The notes under the pieces were generated by a model that did no database searches, was not told where the DNA came from, and worked only from the letters and a program-made list of their open reading frames with translations. Position numbers and translations under genes: made by a program. 56,452 nt of DNA from the NCBI GenBank assembly GCA_000004985.1, contig GG738938.1; one strand, 5' to 3'. Positions within the stretch are counted from its first letter, which is position 1. The number at the start of each line of letters is the position of its first letter. Shown piece by piece: positions 1 to 12,200 of this stretch. Origin of the DNA: Naegleria gruberi (lineage: Eukaryota).

Positions 1-7
1 TTCAAAA

Positions 8-934
8 ATGGACAATTCTTTTTTCAAATATTCAAATTTCACATCAGCCAAACTAAATTCAAATCGAATGGATGACACAACATTTGAATCGTGTAATTTT
101 AGTTCGGTAAACTTGAGCTCTTGTAGTCTGAAAAAAGTACTTTTCAAAGAATGTGATTTTAATTCTGCAAATTTGAGTAATTCTAATCTTGAGAGTGCAC
201 AATTCAGATCTTGTAGAAACTTTTCTGCAGCAAATCTGACCTCATGCAATTTAAAATATGCATGTTTCGAAAATTGTGATTTTCAAAATATAGATTTCAC
301 TAATTCCAATCCCGAAAATGCAACATTTAGAAACTGTACCCCAATTTTAAAATTTGAAAAGAAATCATTCGATCAAGAATCTTTGAAAGGAAAAGTATTT
401 GTAAATACCTTATTCAAAGACTGTGAATTTTGGAAGCAATCAGGTGCTAAATTTGAAAATTGTGAATTTGAATCCTGTAATATGTTTGGATATTGTTTCA
501 GTGATGATTGGGAGAACAGTTTCAACCAATGTGACTTGTCAGGTGCCATTTTCCCAAGTTTGAACTATTTCAAAGGCAACAAGTTTTCAAAAACAAAACC
601 TCTTGAAATCAAAATATCAATTAACAATATGAAATGTGCCTTATTAGACTCAAATCAACTATATCATTTTGAATTGCAAACACGTTTCAGATATCAAAAT
701 CAATTGATTCTTACCATCAACCCAAAAACATCTATTGAGGAATTTAAGAAGGAAGTGAATGAGCAATCAACACGTTATGGCTTTCTTGCCATTATTTGGA
801 GTGAATCTGAGAAACAATCTGTTTATTTTGAAAACCCAATTGGAAAAGACTCTGAGCGAGCTGAAATAATTAACAATCACTTGAAAAACAAAAAGCAACT
901 CCAAAAACTGATTCAAACTACTTTATTTATGTAA
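8..934 (+). CDS. pentapeptide-repeat protein with an unassigned C-terminal domain (~100 aa); ATG at 8-10, TAA stop. It may extend 5' of the window, since only 7 nt lie upstream.
   Basis: The translated ORF shows strict 5-residue periodicity of the form (A/C/S)(N/D)(L/F)xx for about 150 aa. An example stretch is CNFSS VNLSS CSLKK VLFKE CDFNS ANLSN SNLES AQFRS. This is the classic pentapeptide repeat (A(D/N)LXX). The ORF is 308 codons with no stops, and its GC is typical of the other host genes. Confidence 0.6.
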   Translation: MDNSFFKYSNFTSAKLNSNRMDDTTFESCNFSSVNLSSCSLKKVLFKECDFNSANLSNSNLESAQFRSCRNFSAANLTSCNLKYACFENCDFQNIDFTNSNPENATFRNCTPILKFEKKSFDQESLKGKVFVNTLFKDCEFWKQSGAKFENCEFESCNMFGYCFSDDWENSFNQCDLSGAIFPSLNYFKGNKFSKTKPLEIKISINNMKCALLDSNQLYHFELQTRFRYQNQLILTINPKTSIEEFKKEVNEQSTRYGFLAIIWSESEKQSVYFENPIGKDSERAEIINNHLKNKKQLQKLIQTTLFM

Positions 935-1188
935 AATCATTTGCAGAAATTTCCAAGAAAGGAACCTGTACTTTGCAAGGTGGTCGTCCTTTTGATTTCA
1001 CCAAGATTGAAATATTTGCCTTCTCAAGTAGGTGGTAATTGATAGTCCACAAAATAAAATCGTCGTTTCATATTTCGTGTTGGTTCTATATCGCGAACAC
1101 AATGTAAAATGGCACCCAAAAGGGAATCCACTACACAATTTTAGAAATACGGTACTTTCACCTTTCTAACAACAAAAAAAAACACCAT

Positions 1189-2393
1189 ATGTCTGCCAAA
1201 GTGATCTTTCCTACGGCAATATTTGATGCGTTGTTGGTCTCTAACTATTCGAATCCCAGTACAAATGATTCAACGATCTGTCATCCACTCCTCCTTTCAC
1301 AAGGAAACAAGAGTGAGAAGGGATTGTGTGATGACACCACTTCGGCCATTGTTATTTCAGCTATTGTGTTGTTCCTTCACACAAGCTTGTTATTAGTTTC
1401 GGTTGGAGGTTTAGTTTATAAATTGAGAAAGTTGCATATTCTCCAAAAGGAACACAAACAAGTGGTGAATTATTTGCAGGTTGCACGGAATCCAGCATTG
1501 ATGGTCATGGGAGCAATTATTGGATGGACCTATACTTTCGTATTAATGACTAGAGTGTTAATTGGACGAAAGATTTATCCATGTTTCATATTTTCACTAA
1601 TCTATTATTTGGCTGTGCCTGCACTTTCGAATACTGTCATATTGAGATGTATTAGATTGTTGATATTGACAAAATTATATGAATTGAAAGTGAGGATTGG
1701 TAATAGACAATATGAACTGCGTCATTCGATATCATCAGATAATACTAAACAAATTACTGACACAACCGAAACTGAACTAAATCCAACTAGCTCATCAAGA
1801 GCTAAATCTAATACTGGAGAAAACACATCATCATCAAGCGGACTCTCTGACAATATTGAAAAACAAAAGAGTTTGTCCTCATTTTCATTATCAACCACAC
1901 AAGACAGCTCTACAGGAATTTTACAAGATGAACAATTGGATATGGAAATTCTTTTCAGAAACAAAACCAAATGGGAAATATTTGAAAAGAGATTATTTAC
2001 ACTCTTTAGATTCATTGTAGGAACTAAATTCATCTTTGTGGTCTATGGATTAATTGTGGCGTTGCACATTATGATTTATTACATTATTGCAATTGTGGAC
2101 TATTTTAGATATAATGATAATTATTTAAATACTGAACAAATTAGAAATAATTATGTCGTTTACAGTTATTTATTGTCTCCCTCTGGATGTGGAACTGGTT
2201 CTTATAGTCAATATGTATTTATTTCATATGCAGCTTTTTATATTTTCATTTCCTTAATTGTTTCCATTGTTGCATTGTTTACAAAGAGAGATGTTTGGAA
2301 TGTCAAGATTGAAGTTGTTGTGATTAGTGTATTTTGGGTGCTGGTTATTATATTGTATGGAGTTGCTTCACAATTCTCAATCATTAATTCATA
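1189..2393 (+). CDS. exon 1 of a seven-transmembrane receptor-RGS fusion gene (TM1-TM6 plus an S/T-rich intracellular loop)
   Basis: ATG at 1189. Six hydrophobic helices are visible in the translation: AIVISAIVLFLHTSLLLVSVGGLVY, ALMVMGAIIGWTYTFVLMTRVLI, CFIFSLIYYLAVPALSNTVILRCIRLLIL, FIFVVYGLIVALHIMIYYIIAIV, YVFISYAAFYIFISLIVSIVALF and VVVISVFWVLVIILYGVASQFSII. The ORF runs directly into a GTATGT donor at 2394. Confidence 0.6.
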
Positions 2394-2437
2394 GTATGTT
2401 TTTTGAATATTTGTAATTTTTTACAATTATTGTAAAG
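2394..2437 (+). other. 44-nt spliceosomal intron (GTATGT...AAG) joining the 7TM exon to the RGS exon
   Basis: The donor GTATGT overlaps the apparent TAG stop of the upstream ORF. Removing 2394-2437 joins TA|T into a Tyr codon and reads straight into the frame of the downstream ORF (2484..3086). That recovers a seventh TM helix, FPWTITILIGCMWDTFVSFTYPVFIL. The length (3n+2) and an internal stop are consistent with an intron. Confidence 0.5.
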
Positions 2438-3086
2438 TGTTGATTATTATTTCCCATGGACAATTACAATTTTAATTGGATGCATGTGGGATACATTCGT
2501 GTCATTTACATATCCTGTTTTCATTCTGCAAAGATTCAAATCAGAACCTAAAACAGACAATTCTGAAACAACTCAAAAATCAAATTCCATTCAACTATCT
2601 GAAACAATGAATTCCGAAAGTAATATTCGAAAGATTTTACTGAATGAAAAGTGGAATGATCTCTTTCTGAAATTCTCAGAAAAGTGTTTTGCATGTGAAG
2701 ATGTCATGATGTGGAACGCCATTGAAAAATTCAAAGCAATCAAATCAGAAAAACAAAGAAGAGAATTATTTTACAATATTTGTAATACATATATTCGACT
2801 TGGAGCTCCTCTTGAATTGAATATTTCAAGAAAGGATTTTGGAATTCCAGAAATAATGAAAACATTTGAAGCTTTGAGAGAAAGTGCAATCAGAGGTTCC
2901 AGTGGCTCACCTTCAGGAACTGATTCACCAAAGAAACGAACAATATTTGCAATTACATCTGAAATGTTTGATAGAATTCAAACAGCTTGTGAACACAACA
3001 TGTTGGATAATTATACTCGTTTCCAAGCATCGTATGAGAAACAATTGGAGAAGGAATTGGGTGTTTTACCAATCATGAAAGTCTAG
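2438..3086 (+). CDS. exon 2 of the same gene: TM7 followed by a cytoplasmic RGS (regulator of G-protein signalling) domain; TAG stop at 3084-3086
   Basis: The RGS-box signature is recognisable in the translation. FLKFSEKCFACEDVMMWNAIEKFKAIKS matches the FLKSEYSEENIDFW..EEYKKIKS region of RGS4-type domains. YNICNTYIRLGAPLELNISRKD matches IYNEFIS..A..EVNLDS. FDRIQTACEHNMLDNYTRFQAS matches the FDEAQ..I..LM..DSY.RFL.S tail. Confidence 0.65.
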
Positions 3087-3278
3087 TCACTTCCTTAATA
3101 TTATTGAAATAATTGAGAAACACTTAAAATTCGAAAGATGAAAGAAAATTGTGAGCGTCATTGGCCTCTTCACAACTGAAGTAACAAGAACAAATATGTT
3201 TGGGAAAGATAGTGGATTTGATCCATTAATGTTTTCCATTAACCGAAAAGTGCCTGTGGTTGTCAATCATTATCTGAA

Positions 3279-6200
3279 NNNNNNNNNNNNNNNNNNNNNN
3301 NNNNNNNNNNNNNNNNNNNNNNNNNNNNNNNNNNNNNNNNNNNNNNNNNNNNNNNNNNNNNNNNNNNNNNNNNNNNNNNNNNNNNNNNNNNNNNNNNNNN
3401 NNNNNNNNNNNNNNNNNNNNNNNNNNNNNNNNNNNNNNNNNNNNNNNNNNNNNNNNNNNNNNNNNNNNNNNNNNNNNNNNNNNNNNNNNNNNNNNNNNNN
3501 NNNNNNNNNNNNNNNNNNNNNNNNNNNNNNNNNNNNNNNNNNNNNNNNNNNNNNNNNNNNNNNNNNNNNNNNNNNNNNNNNNNNNNNNNNNNNNNNNNNN
3601 NNNNNNNNNNNNNNNNNNNNNNNNNNNNNNNNNNNNNNNNNNNNNNNNNNNNNNNNNNNNNNNNNNNNNNNNNNNNNNNNNNNNNNNNNNNNNNNNNNNN
3701 NNNNNNNNNNNNNNNNNNNNNNNNNNNNNNNNNNNNNNNNNNNNNNNNNNNNNNNNNNNNNNNNNNNNNNNNNNNNNNNNNNNNNNNNNNNNNNNNNNNN
3801 NNNNNNNNNNNNNNNNNNNNNNNNNNNNNNNNNNNNNNNNNNNNNNNNNNNNNNNNNNNNNNNNNNNNNNNNNNNNNNNNNNNNNNNNNNNNNNNNNNNN
3901 NNNNNNNNNNNNNNNNNNNNNNNNNNNNNNNNNNNNNNNNNNNNNNNNNNNNNNNNNNNNNNNNNNNNNNNNNNNNNNNNNNNNNNNNNNNNNNNNNNNN
4001 NNNNNNNNNNNNNNNNNNNNNNNNNNNNNNNNNNNNNNNNNNNNNNNNNNNNNNNNNNNNNNNNNNNNNNNNNNNNNNNNNNNNNNNNNNNNNNNNNNNN
4101 NNNNNNNNNNNNNNNNNNNNNNNNNNNNNNNNNNNNNNNNNNNNNNNNNNNNNNNNNNNNNNNNNNNNNNNNNNNNNNNNNNNNNNNNNNNNNNNNNNNN
4201 NNNNNNNNNNNNNNNNNNNNNNNNNNNNNNNNNNNNNNNNNNNNNNNNNNNNNNNNNNNNNNNNNNNNNNNNNNNNNNNNNNNNNNNNNNNNNNNNNNNN
4301 NNNNNNNNNNNNNNNNNNNNNNNNNNNNNNNNNNNNNNNNNNNNNNNNNNNNNNNNNNNNNNNNNNNNNNNNNNNNNNNNNNNNNNNNNNNNNNNNNNNN
4401 NNNNNNNNNNNNNNNNNNNNNNNNNNNNNNNNNNNNNNNNNNNNNNNNNNNNNNNNNNNNNNNNNNNNNNNNNNNNNNNNNNNNNNNNNNNNNNNNNNNN
4501 NNNNNNNNNNNNNNNNNNNNNNNNNNNNNNNNNNNNNNNNNNNNNNNNNNNNNNNNNNNNNNNNNNNNNNNNNNNNNNNNNNNNNNNNNNNNNNNNNNNN
4601 NNNNNNNNNNNNNNNNNNNNNNNNNNNNNNNNNNNNNNNNNNNNNNNNNNNNNNNNNNNNNNNNNNNNNNNNNNNNNNNNNNNNNNNNNNNNNNNNNNNN
4701 NNNNNNNNNNNNNNNNNNNNNNNNNNNNNNNNNNNNNNNNNNNNNNNNNNNNNNNNNNNNNNNNNNNNNNNNNNNNNNNNNNNNNNNNNNNNNNNNNNNN
4801 NNNNNNNNNNNNNNNNNNNNNNNNNNNNNNNNNNNNNNNNNNNNNNNNNNNNNNNNNNNNNNNNNNNNNNNNNNNNNNNNNNNNNNNNNNNNNNNNNNNN
4901 NNNNNNNNNNNNNNNNNNNNNNNNNNNNNNNNNNNNNNNNNNNNNNNNNNNNNNNNNNNNNNNNNNNNNNNNNNNNNNNNNNNNNNNNNNNNNNNNNNNN
5001 NNNNNNNNNNNNNNNNNNNNNNNNNNNNNNNNNNNNNNNNNNNNNNNNNNNNNNNNNNNNNNNNNNNNNNNNNNNNNNNNNNNNNNNNNNNNNNNNNNNN
5101 NNNNNNNNNNNNNNNNNNNNNNNNNNNNNNNNNNNNNNNNNNNNNNNNNNNNNNNNNNNNNNNNNNNNNNNNNNNNNNNNNNNNNNNNNNNNNNNNNNNN
5201 NNNNNNNNNNNNNNNNNNNNNNNNNNNNNNNNNNNNNNNNNNNNNNNNNNNNNNNNNNNNNNNNNNNNNNNNNNNNNNNNNNNNNNNNNNNNNNNNNNNN
5301 NNNNNNNNNNNNNNNNNNNNNNNNNNNNNNNNNNNNNNNNNNNNNNNNNNNNNNNNNNNNNNNNNNNNNNNNNNNNNNNNNNNNNNNNNNNNNNNNNNNN
5401 NNNNNNNNNNNNNNNNNNNNNNNNNNNNNNNNNNNNNNNNNNNNNNNNNNNNNNNNNNNNNNNNNNNNNNNNNNNNNNNNNNNNNNNNNNNNNNNNNNNN
5501 NNNNNNNNNNNNNNNNNNNNNNNNNNNNNNNNNNNNNNNNNNNNNNNNNNNNNNNNNNNNNNNNNNNNNNNNNNNNNNNNNNNNNNNNNNNNNNNNNNNN
5601 NNNNNNNNNNNNNNNNNNNNNNNNNNNNNNNNNNNNNNNNNNNNNNNNNNNNNNNNNNNNNNNNNNNNNNNNNNNNNNNNNNNNNNNNNNNNNNNNNNNN
5701 NNNNNNNNNNNNNNNNNNNNNNNNNNNNNNNNNNNNNNNNNNNNNNNNNNNNNNNNNNNNNNNNNNNNNNNNNNNNNNNNNNNNNNNNNNNNNNNNNNNN
5801 NNNNNNNNNNNNNNNNNNNNNNNNNNNNNNNNNNNNNNNNNNNNNNNNNNNNNNNNNNNNNNNNNNNNNNNNNNNNNNNNNNNNNNNNNNNNNNNNNNNN
5901 NNNNNNNNNNNNNNNNNNNNNNNNNNNNNNNNNNNNNNNNNNNNNNNNNNNNNNNNNNNNNNNNNNNNNNNNNNNNNNNNNNNNNNNNNNNNNNNNNNNN
6001 NNNNNNNNNNNNNNNNNNNNNNNNNNNNNNNNNNNNNNNNNNNNNNNNNNNNNNNNNNNNNNNNNNNNNNNNNNNNNNNNNNNNNNNNNNNNNNNNNNNN
6101 NNNNNNNNNNNNNNNNNNNNNNNNNNNNNNNNNNNNNNNNNNNNNNNNNNNNNNNNNNNNNNNNNNNNNNNNNNNNNNNNNNNNNNNNNNNNNNNNNNNN

Positions 6201-9200
6201 NNNNNNNNNNNNNNNNNNNNNNNNNNNNNNNNNNNNNNNNNNNNNNNNNNNNNNNNNNNNNNNNNNNNNNNNNNNNNNNNNNNNNNNNNNNNNNNNNNNN
6301 NNNNNNNNNNNNNNNNNNNNNNNNNNNNNNNNNNNNNNNNNNNNNNNNNNNNNNNNNNNNNNNNNNNNNNNNNNNNNNNNNNNNNNNNNNNNNNNNNNNN
6401 NNNNNNNNNNNNNNNNNNNNNNNNNNNNNNNNNNNNNNNNNNNNNNNNNNNNNNNNNNNNNNNNNNNNNNNNNNNNNNNNNNNNNNNNNNNNNNNNNNNN
6501 NNNNNNNNNNNNNNNNNNNNNNNNNNNNNNNNNNNNNNNNNNNNNNNNNNNNNNNNNNNNNNNNNNNNNNNNNNNNNNNNNNNNNNNNNNNNNNNNNNNN
6601 NNNNNNNNNNNNNNNNNNNNNNNNNNNNNNNNNNNNNNNNNNNNNNNNNNNNNNNNNNNNNNNNNNNNNNNNNNNNNNNNNNNNNNNNNNNNNNNNNNNN
6701 NNNNNNNNNNNNNNNNNNNNNNNNNNNNNNNNNNNNNNNNNNNNNNNNNNNNNNNNNNNNNNNNNNNNNNNNNNNNNNNNNNNNNNNNNNNNNNNNNNNN
6801 NNNNNNNNNNNNNNNNNNNNNNNNNNNNNNNNNNNNNNNNNNNNNNNNNNNNNNNNNNNNNNNNNNNNNNNNNNNNNNNNNNNNNNNNNNNNNNNNNNNN
6901 NNNNNNNNNNNNNNNNNNNNNNNNNNNNNNNNNNNNNNNNNNNNNNNNNNNNNNNNNNNNNNNNNNNNNNNNNNNNNNNNNNNNNNNNNNNNNNNNNNNN
7001 NNNNNNNNNNNNNNNNNNNNNNNNNNNNNNNNNNNNNNNNNNNNNNNNNNNNNNNNNNNNNNNNNNNNNNNNNNNNNNNNNNNNNNNNNNNNNNNNNNNN
7101 NNNNNNNNNNNNNNNNNNNNNNNNNNNNNNNNNNNNNNNNNNNNNNNNNNNNNNNNNNNNNNNNNNNNNNNNNNNNNNNNNNNNNNNNNNNNNNNNNNNN
7201 NNNNNNNNNNNNNNNNNNNNNNNNNNNNNNNNNNNNNNNNNNNNNNNNNNNNNNNNNNNNNNNNNNNNNNNNNNNNNNNNNNNNNNNNNNNNNNNNNNNN
7301 NNNNNNNNNNNNNNNNNNNNNNNNNNNNNNNNNNNNNNNNNNNNNNNNNNNNNNNNNNNNNNNNNNNNNNNNNNNNNNNNNNNNNNNNNNNNNNNNNNNN
7401 NNNNNNNNNNNNNNNNNNNNNNNNNNNNNNNNNNNNNNNNNNNNNNNNNNNNNNNNNNNNNNNNNNNNNNNNNNNNNNNNNNNNNNNNNNNNNNNNNNNN
7501 NNNNNNNNNNNNNNNNNNNNNNNNNNNNNNNNNNNNNNNNNNNNNNNNNNNNNNNNNNNNNNNNNNNNNNNNNNNNNNNNNNNNNNNNNNNNNNNNNNNN
7601 NNNNNNNNNNNNNNNNNNNNNNNNNNNNNNNNNNNNNNNNNNNNNNNNNNNNNNNNNNNNNNNNNNNNNNNNNNNNNNNNNNNNNNNNNNNNNNNNNNNN
7701 NNNNNNNNNNNNNNNNNNNNNNNNNNNNNNNNNNNNNNNNNNNNNNNNNNNNNNNNNNNNNNNNNNNNNNNNNNNNNNNNNNNNNNNNNNNNNNNNNNNN
7801 NNNNNNNNNNNNNNNNNNNNNNNNNNNNNNNNNNNNNNNNNNNNNNNNNNNNNNNNNNNNNNNNNNNNNNNNNNNNNNNNNNNNNNNNNNNNNNNNNNNN
7901 NNNNNNNNNNNNNNNNNNNNNNNNNNNNNNNNNNNNNNNNNNNNNNNNNNNNNNNNNNNNNNNNNNNNNNNNNNNNNNNNNNNNNNNNNNNNNNNNNNNN
8001 NNNNNNNNNNNNNNNNNNNNNNNNNNNNNNNNNNNNNNNNNNNNNNNNNNNNNNNNNNNNNNNNNNNNNNNNNNNNNNNNNNNNNNNNNNNNNNNNNNNN
8101 NNNNNNNNNNNNNNNNNNNNNNNNNNNNNNNNNNNNNNNNNNNNNNNNNNNNNNNNNNNNNNNNNNNNNNNNNNNNNNNNNNNNNNNNNNNNNNNNNNNN
8201 NNNNNNNNNNNNNNNNNNNNNNNNNNNNNNNNNNNNNNNNNNNNNNNNNNNNNNNNNNNNNNNNNNNNNNNNNNNNNNNNNNNNNNNNNNNNNNNNNNNN
8301 NNNNNNNNNNNNNNNNNNNNNNNNNNNNNNNNNNNNNNNNNNNNNNNNNNNNNNNNNNNNNNNNNNNNNNNNNNNNNNNNNNNNNNNNNNNNNNNNNNNN
8401 NNNNNNNNNNNNNNNNNNNNNNNNNNNNNNNNNNNNNNNNNNNNNNNNNNNNNNNNNNNNNNNNNNNNNNNNNNNNNNNNNNNNNNNNNNNNNNNNNNNN
8501 NNNNNNNNNNNNNNNNNNNNNNNNNNNNNNNNNNNNNNNNNNNNNNNNNNNNNNNNNNNNNNNNNNNNNNNNNNNNNNNNNNNNNNNNNNNNNNNNNNNN
8601 NNNNNNNNNNNNNNNNNNNNNNNNNNNNNNNNNNNNNNNNNNNNNNNNNNNNNNNNNNNNNNNNNNNNNNNNNNNNNNNNNNNNNNNNNNNNNNNNNNNN
8701 NNNNNNNNNNNNNNNNNNNNNNNNNNNNNNNNNNNNNNNNNNNNNNNNNNNNNNNNNNNNNNNNNNNNNNNNNNNNNNNNNNNNNNNNNNNNNNNNNNNN
8801 NNNNNNNNNNNNNNNNNNNNNNNNNNNNNNNNNNNNNNNNNNNNNNNNNNNNNNNNNNNNNNNNNNNNNNNNNNNNNNNNNNNNNNNNNNNNNNNNNNNN
8901 NNNNNNNNNNNNNNNNNNNNNNNNNNNNNNNNNNNNNNNNNNNNNNNNNNNNNNNNNNNNNNNNNNNNNNNNNNNNNNNNNNNNNNNNNNNNNNNNNNNN
9001 NNNNNNNNNNNNNNNNNNNNNNNNNNNNNNNNNNNNNNNNNNNNNNNNNNNNNNNNNNNNNNNNNNNNNNNNNNNNNNNNNNNNNNNNNNNNNNNNNNNN
9101 NNNNNNNNNNNNNNNNNNNNNNNNNNNNNNNNNNNNNNNNNNNNNNNNNNNNNNNNNNNNNNNNNNNNNNNNNNNNNNNNNNNNNNNNNNNNNNNNNNNN

Positions 9201-12200
9201 NNNNNNNNNNNNNNNNNNNNNNNNNNNNNNNNNNNNNNNNNNNNNNNNNNNNNNNNNNNNNNNNNNNNNNNNNNNNNNNNNNNNNNNNNNNNNNNNNNNN
9301 NNNNNNNNNNNNNNNNNNNNNNNNNNNNNNNNNNNNNNNNNNNNNNNNNNNNNNNNNNNNNNNNNNNNNNNNNNNNNNNNNNNNNNNNNNNNNNNNNNNN
9401 NNNNNNNNNNNNNNNNNNNNNNNNNNNNNNNNNNNNNNNNNNNNNNNNNNNNNNNNNNNNNNNNNNNNNNNNNNNNNNNNNNNNNNNNNNNNNNNNNNNN
9501 NNNNNNNNNNNNNNNNNNNNNNNNNNNNNNNNNNNNNNNNNNNNNNNNNNNNNNNNNNNNNNNNNNNNNNNNNNNNNNNNNNNNNNNNNNNNNNNNNNNN
9601 NNNNNNNNNNNNNNNNNNNNNNNNNNNNNNNNNNNNNNNNNNNNNNNNNNNNNNNNNNNNNNNNNNNNNNNNNNNNNNNNNNNNNNNNNNNNNNNNNNNN
9701 NNNNNNNNNNNNNNNNNNNNNNNNNNNNNNNNNNNNNNNNNNNNNNNNNNNNNNNNNNNNNNNNNNNNNNNNNNNNNNNNNNNNNNNNNNNNNNNNNNNN
9801 NNNNNNNNNNNNNNNNNNNNNNNNNNNNNNNNNNNNNNNNNNNNNNNNNNNNNNNNNNNNNNNNNNNNNNNNNNNNNNNNNNNNNNNNNNNNNNNNNNNN
9901 NNNNNNNNNNNNNNNNNNNNNNNNNNNNNNNNNNNNNNNNNNNNNNNNNNNNNNNNNNNNNNNNNNNNNNNNNNNNNNNNNNNNNNNNNNNNNNNNNNNN
10001 NNNNNNNNNNNNNNNNNNNNNNNNNNNNNNNNNNNNNNNNNNNNNNNNNNNNNNNNNNNNNNNNNNNNNNNNNNNNNNNNNNNNNNNNNNNNNNNNNNNN
10101 NNNNNNNNNNNNNNNNNNNNNNNNNNNNNNNNNNNNNNNNNNNNNNNNNNNNNNNNNNNNNNNNNNNNNNNNNNNNNNNNNNNNNNNNNNNNNNNNNNNN
10201 NNNNNNNNNNNNNNNNNNNNNNNNNNNNNNNNNNNNNNNNNNNNNNNNNNNNNNNNNNNNNNNNNNNNNNNNNNNNNNNNNNNNNNNNNNNNNNNNNNNN
10301 NNNNNNNNNNNNNNNNNNNNNNNNNNNNNNNNNNNNNNNNNNNNNNNNNNNNNNNNNNNNNNNNNNNNNNNNNNNNNNNNNNNNNNNNNNNNNNNNNNNN
10401 NNNNNNNNNNNNNNNNNNNNNNNNNNNNNNNNNNNNNNNNNNNNNNNNNNNNNNNNNNNNNNNNNNNNNNNNNNNNNNNNNNNNNNNNNNNNNNNNNNNN
10501 NNNNNNNNNNNNNNNNNNNNNNNNNNNNNNNNNNNNNNNNNNNNNNNNNNNNNNNNNNNNNNNNNNNNNNNNNNNNNNNNNNNNNNNNNNNNNNNNNNNN
10601 NNNNNNNNNNNNNNNNNNNNNNNNNNNNNNNNNNNNNNNNNNNNNNNNNNNNNNNNNNNNNNNNNNNNNNNNNNNNNNNNNNNNNNNNNNNNNNNNNNNN
10701 NNNNNNNNNNNNNNNNNNNNNNNNNNNNNNNNNNNNNNNNNNNNNNNNNNNNNNNNNNNNNNNNNNNNNNNNNNNNNNNNNNNNNNNNNNNNNNNNNNNN
10801 NNNNNNNNNNNNNNNNNNNNNNNNNNNNNNNNNNNNNNNNNNNNNNNNNNNNNNNNNNNNNNNNNNNNNNNNNNNNNNNNNNNNNNNNNNNNNNNNNNNN
10901 NNNNNNNNNNNNNNNNNNNNNNNNNNNNNNNNNNNNNNNNNNNNNNNNNNNNNNNNNNNNNNNNNNNNNNNNNNNNNNNNNNNNNNNNNNNNNNNNNNNN
11001 NNNNNNNNNNNNNNNNNNNNNNNNNNNNNNNNNNNNNNNNNNNNNNNNNNNNNNNNNNNNNNNNNNNNNNNNNNNNNNNNNNNNNNNNNNNNNNNNNNNN
11101 NNNNNNNNNNNNNNNNNNNNNNNNNNNNNNNNNNNNNNNNNNNNNNNNNNNNNNNNNNNNNNNNNNNNNNNNNNNNNNNNNNNNNNNNNNNNNNNNNNNN
11201 NNNNNNNNNNNNNNNNNNNNNNNNNNNNNNNNNNNNNNNNNNNNNNNNNNNNNNNNNNNNNNNNNNNNNNNNNNNNNNNNNNNNNNNNNNNNNNNNNNNN
11301 NNNNNNNNNNNNNNNNNNNNNNNNNNNNNNNNNNNNNNNNNNNNNNNNNNNNNNNNNNNNNNNNNNNNNNNNNNNNNNNNNNNNNNNNNNNNNNNNNNNN
11401 NNNNNNNNNNNNNNNNNNNNNNNNNNNNNNNNNNNNNNNNNNNNNNNNNNNNNNNNNNNNNNNNNNNNNNNNNNNNNNNNNNNNNNNNNNNNNNNNNNNN
11501 NNNNNNNNNNNNNNNNNNNNNNNNNNNNNNNNNNNNNNNNNNNNNNNNNNNNNNNNNNNNNNNNNNNNNNNNNNNNNNNNNNNNNNNNNNNNNNNNNNNN
11601 NNNNNNNNNNNNNNNNNNNNNNNNNNNNNNNNNNNNNNNNNNNNNNNNNNNNNNNNNNNNNNNNNNNNNNNNNNNNNNNNNNNNNNNNNNNNNNNNNNNN
11701 NNNNNNNNNNNNNNNNNNNNNNNNNNNNNNNNNNNNNNNNNNNNNNNNNNNNNNNNNNNNNNNNNNNNNNNNNNNNNNNNNNNNNNNNNNNNNNNNNNNN
11801 NNNNNNNNNNNNNNNNNNNNNNNNNNNNNNNNNNNNNNNNNNNNNNNNNNNNNNNNNNNNNNNNNNNNNNNNNNNNNNNNNNNNNNNNNNNNNNNNNNNN
11901 NNNNNNNNNNNNNNNNNNNNNNNNNNNNNNNNNNNNNNNNNNNNNNNNNNNNNNNNNNNNNNNNNNNNNNNNNNNNNNNNNNNNNNNNNNNNNNNNNNNN
12001 NNNNNNNNNNNNNNNNNNNNNNNNNNNNNNNNNNNNNNNNNNNNNNNNNNNNNNNNNNNNNNNNNNNNNNNNNNNNNNNNNNNNNNNNNNNNNNNNNNNN
12101 NNNNNNNNNNNNNNNNNNNNNNNNNNNNNNNNNNNNNNNNNNNNNNNNNNNNNNNNNNNNNNNNNNNNNNNNNNNNNNNNNNNNNNNNNNNNNNNNNNNN

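Noticed and set aside
1722-2033. Short overlapping or antisense ORFs (1722..2033-, 2884..3078+, 34448..34747-, 34630..35043+, 35223..35405-, 35336..35542+, 36167..36379+, 42488..42685-, 44218..44541-, 46406..46609-, 46597..46806-, 47270..47485-, 47334..47552+, 49263..49487-, 49646..49966-, 55125..55433+, 55982..56224-, 56125..56343+)
   Set aside because: Each lies inside or antisense to a much longer, compositionally coherent ORF, or spans N. These are shadow ORFs typical of low-complexity coding DNA.
3151-3278. Possible 5' exon of a gene starting at GTG 3151 just before the big gap
   Set aside because: Only 42 codons are visible, from a non-ATG start, with no recognisable motif. The nearest ATG (3138) gives a 13-codon ORF. 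This is insufficient evidence.
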